Positions 52,502 to 53,961 of a stretch of DNA of 53,961 nucleotides are shown here, piece after piece (position 1 is the stretch's first letter; each line of letters opens with the position of its first letter). Source of the DNA: an uncultured Burkholderiales bacterium. Lineage in GTDB: Bacteria; Pseudomonadota; Gammaproteobacteria; Burkholderiales; JALYOK01. The translations under genes were made by a program, and so were the position numbers. The stretch spans positions 1 to 53,961 of the forward strand of contig CAZAWU010000004.1 in NCBI GenBank assembly GCA_964488915.1. The letters are read 5' to 3'. The notes under the pieces are model-generated. The model worked only from the letters and a program-made list of their open reading frames with translations. It ran no database searches and was not told the DNA's origin.

Positions 52502-52781
52502 GCGCGGCGCGGATGGCGGCTGCGATGGCGCTGCGGATCACGCTCTCGCATTCCTCGCGATAATCTTCCATGAAGACCTCATCCGCCATCGGAATAAGAG
52601 CCAGCCTTGCAGCCCGCACCGTCTCATCCGTCACGTTCGCCGCAAGGGCCTCGATGGCGGCGCGGGCTTGGCGTTCTGCCGTTTCGACCATTCGGCGAAA
52701 GGCAATGTCGCCGGACGCCTCCCGTAGTTCAAATGCACGCGGATCAATCGCCCGCGCGACCGCCTCAACAACCTGGCTCAT
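52458..52781 (-). CDS. Hypothetical protein, last gene of leftward operon
   Basis: VEAVARAI...ARAAIEAL...AAIRAAL; AGGAG SD. Confidence 0.7.
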   Translation of the reverse strand: MSQVVEAVARAIDPRAFELREASGDIAFRRMVETAERQARAAIEALAANVTDETVRAARLALIPMADEVFMEDYREECESVIRSAIAAAIRAALTAPPTRNEPDPSQ

Positions 52782-53056
52782 GTCTTTGCTCCTGCGGCGG
52801 AGAGCATGGCGGACCAGACATCGCGCGGATGTGCGAACACGTTGATCGCTCTGGCATGCGCCATGTCGTGCGCGTCAATCATCGCCTCTGTCGCCACCTT
52901 CGGGACAATCGCAAAGCCCGCGGCGTCGAGGGCGGCGATGACCTTATTGGCCTGGTCCACGCATATGTTTGCGAATACATCCTCAAGATCGCTTGAGGCA
53001 CCACCAGAGCCGTAATCGTAAAGTGCTTGTGCAATCGCAGTCTTTGCCTCACTCAC
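52778..53056 (-). CDS. Hypothetical protein
   Basis: AGFAIVPKVATEAMIDA...VWSAMLSAA, a common phage motif. Confidence 0.7.
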   Translation of the reverse strand: MSEAKTAIAQALYDYGSGGASSDLEDVFANICVDQANKVIAALDAAGFAIVPKVATEAMIDAHDMAHARAINVFAHPRDVWSAMLSAAGAKT

Positions 53057-53294
53057 GGCTTTCCCCTTTCAGTTGGGCGATGATGCGGGCGGCGTAGGTT
53101 TCATCGGTTGGAAATATTTCGTATTCATTGCTATACGGTGATGCCCCTGCCGCATGGGCCTCCGCCACCACCGGCTGGAGCGCGTCGAGGACGGCGCAAA
53201 TGGCGTCACCAAGGTACATCTGTTCATCGTGCTTGGGTAAGCCAAGCTTAGAGAGAAATACCTGCTTCAACTCTTCAATCGTCGGCATCGTCAT
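53049..53294 (-). CDS. Hypothetical protein
   Basis: GAGGA SD, ATGA overlap. Confidence 0.65.
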   Translation of the reverse strand: MTMPTIEELKQVFLSKLGLPKHDEQMYLGDAICAVLDALQPVVAEAHAAGASPYSNEYEIFPTDETYAARIIAQLKGESRE

Positions 53295-53545
53295 GGCGCG
53301 GTGTCCTCTTCCCACTTAGCCCACATACCGTATCTCTGCACGTCTTCGGCCTTCGGGTTCCAGCAAGCCCCTGCCTCCGGGCTGGCTAAAATATCCAACC
53401 ACATTCCGTTTTTCGTAGACCAAGGCATCACACCGACGAACTGATCGCTCGACAGACCTTCTGATTTGTAGAGTAGTAAGCACTCGTAGTCGCCGTCCGG
53501 CAGCCGCTCGCTTACCTTAAAAAACTCAAGAGACTTCACCTTCAT
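53291..53545 (-). CDS. Hypothetical protein
   Basis: ERLPD...LL...W pattern; ATGA overlap. Confidence 0.65.
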   Translation of the reverse strand: MKVKSLEFFKVSERLPDGDYECLLLYKSEGLSSDQFVGVMPWSTKNGMWLDILASPEAGACWNPKAEDVQRYGMWAKWEEDTAP

Positions 53546-53558
53546 GGCGCGGTGTCCT
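53291..53558 (-). repeat. 17-bp direct repeat at two consecutive gene junctions (53291-53307, 53542-53558)
   Basis: AGGACACCGCGCCATGA on the minus strand at both sites. Confidence 0.9.
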
Positions 53559-53895
53559 TCTGGAGGGCGCGGCGGAGTTGGCCAAGAGTGAAGTCGCAAC
53601 GGCCGCTCGTCCCTTCGTCGCCGTCCTCATCGTCGGGACTATTCAGAACAACTTCTAGACCCGTCCCATCTTCCCACTCCGGCCCAAAGTTCTTGAACAC
53701 AGGCGCAAAGATTTTTGCCAGCAAAGCAAGCTTGGCCTCTGCTGCGAGGGCGCGGGCTTTGATTTTCGCGAACGCTTCAGACAACGCCTCAATCAGAACT
53801 TCTTCATCTGGCGCTTCCATAATCCCTTCAACGAGCGCATCGATAAGATTGTCCAAGCTACGTTCGGCCTTCCTCTCAAGTTCGCTTGTGCTCAC
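53542..53895 (-). CDS. Hypothetical acidic protein
   Basis: GTGA-coupled to the junction-spanning ORF. Confidence 0.65.
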   Translation of the reverse strand: MSTSELERKAERSLDNLIDALVEGIMEAPDEEVLIEALSEAFAKIKARALAAEAKLALLAKIFAPVFKNFGPEWEDGTGLEVVLNSPDDEDGDEGTSGRCDFTLGQLRRALQKDTAP

Positions 53896-53906
53896 GTCAG
53901 CACCCC

Positions 53907-53961
53907 CATCTTCGCGAGGACCGGCGCGAGTTCCTCGAACATGATCGCGCCGGGGCGAAGT
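53907..53961. repeat. 55-nt exact terminal direct repeat (copy 2)
   Basis: Identical to positions 1-55. Confidence 0.97.

Noticed and set aside
1-53961. tRNA, rRNA, integrase, DNA polymerase, helicase, anti-CRISPR calls
   Set aside because: No recognisable motifs by eye; small hypothetical early genes could still hide anti-defence functions, which needs HMM or structure searches.

Overview
The window is most likely a complete, circularly assembled genome (about 53.9 kb, GC-rich) of a tailed dsDNA phage with podovirus-like gene content. The first 55 nt are repeated exactly at the end, and a 186-aa ORF reads across the junction. A GcrA-like gene points to an alphaproteobacterial host. Layout: a leftward early operon (8260 to 1, continuing 53906 to 52458: Bet-type annealase, Gp157, HNHs, a secreted beta-helix protein); a divergent switch with one Cro-like HTH; a rightward early/replication operon (GcrA-like, RusA, DNA methyltransferase, DUF559, DUF1376 initiator, Q-position regulator); packaging; portal, scaffold and capsid; adaptor and nozzle; a large set of putative internal/ejection proteins; an inverted XRE-led cassette; tail fibres; and lysis genes (M15 endolysin, holin candidate, Rz/Rz1) with an outer-membrane beta-barrel among them. 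I could not recognise an integrase, partition gene, DNA polymerase, helicase, tRNA, CRISPR array or reverse transcriptase. Top observations: (1) the TerL intein has no in-frame endonuclease but fully contains a 197-aa HNH gene in another frame of the same strand; (2) the conserved TerL N-terminus is separated from the body by a +1 frameshift just after an internal SD-like GGAGG; (3) three dispersed glycine-zipper paralogues and shared short motifs among putative internal virion proteins; (4) a Maf/MptE-like plus methyltransferase fusion in the capsid module; (5) a repeated 24-nt leader motif and a possible attenuator in the late region. All product calls come from motifs recognised by eye; no database search was run.
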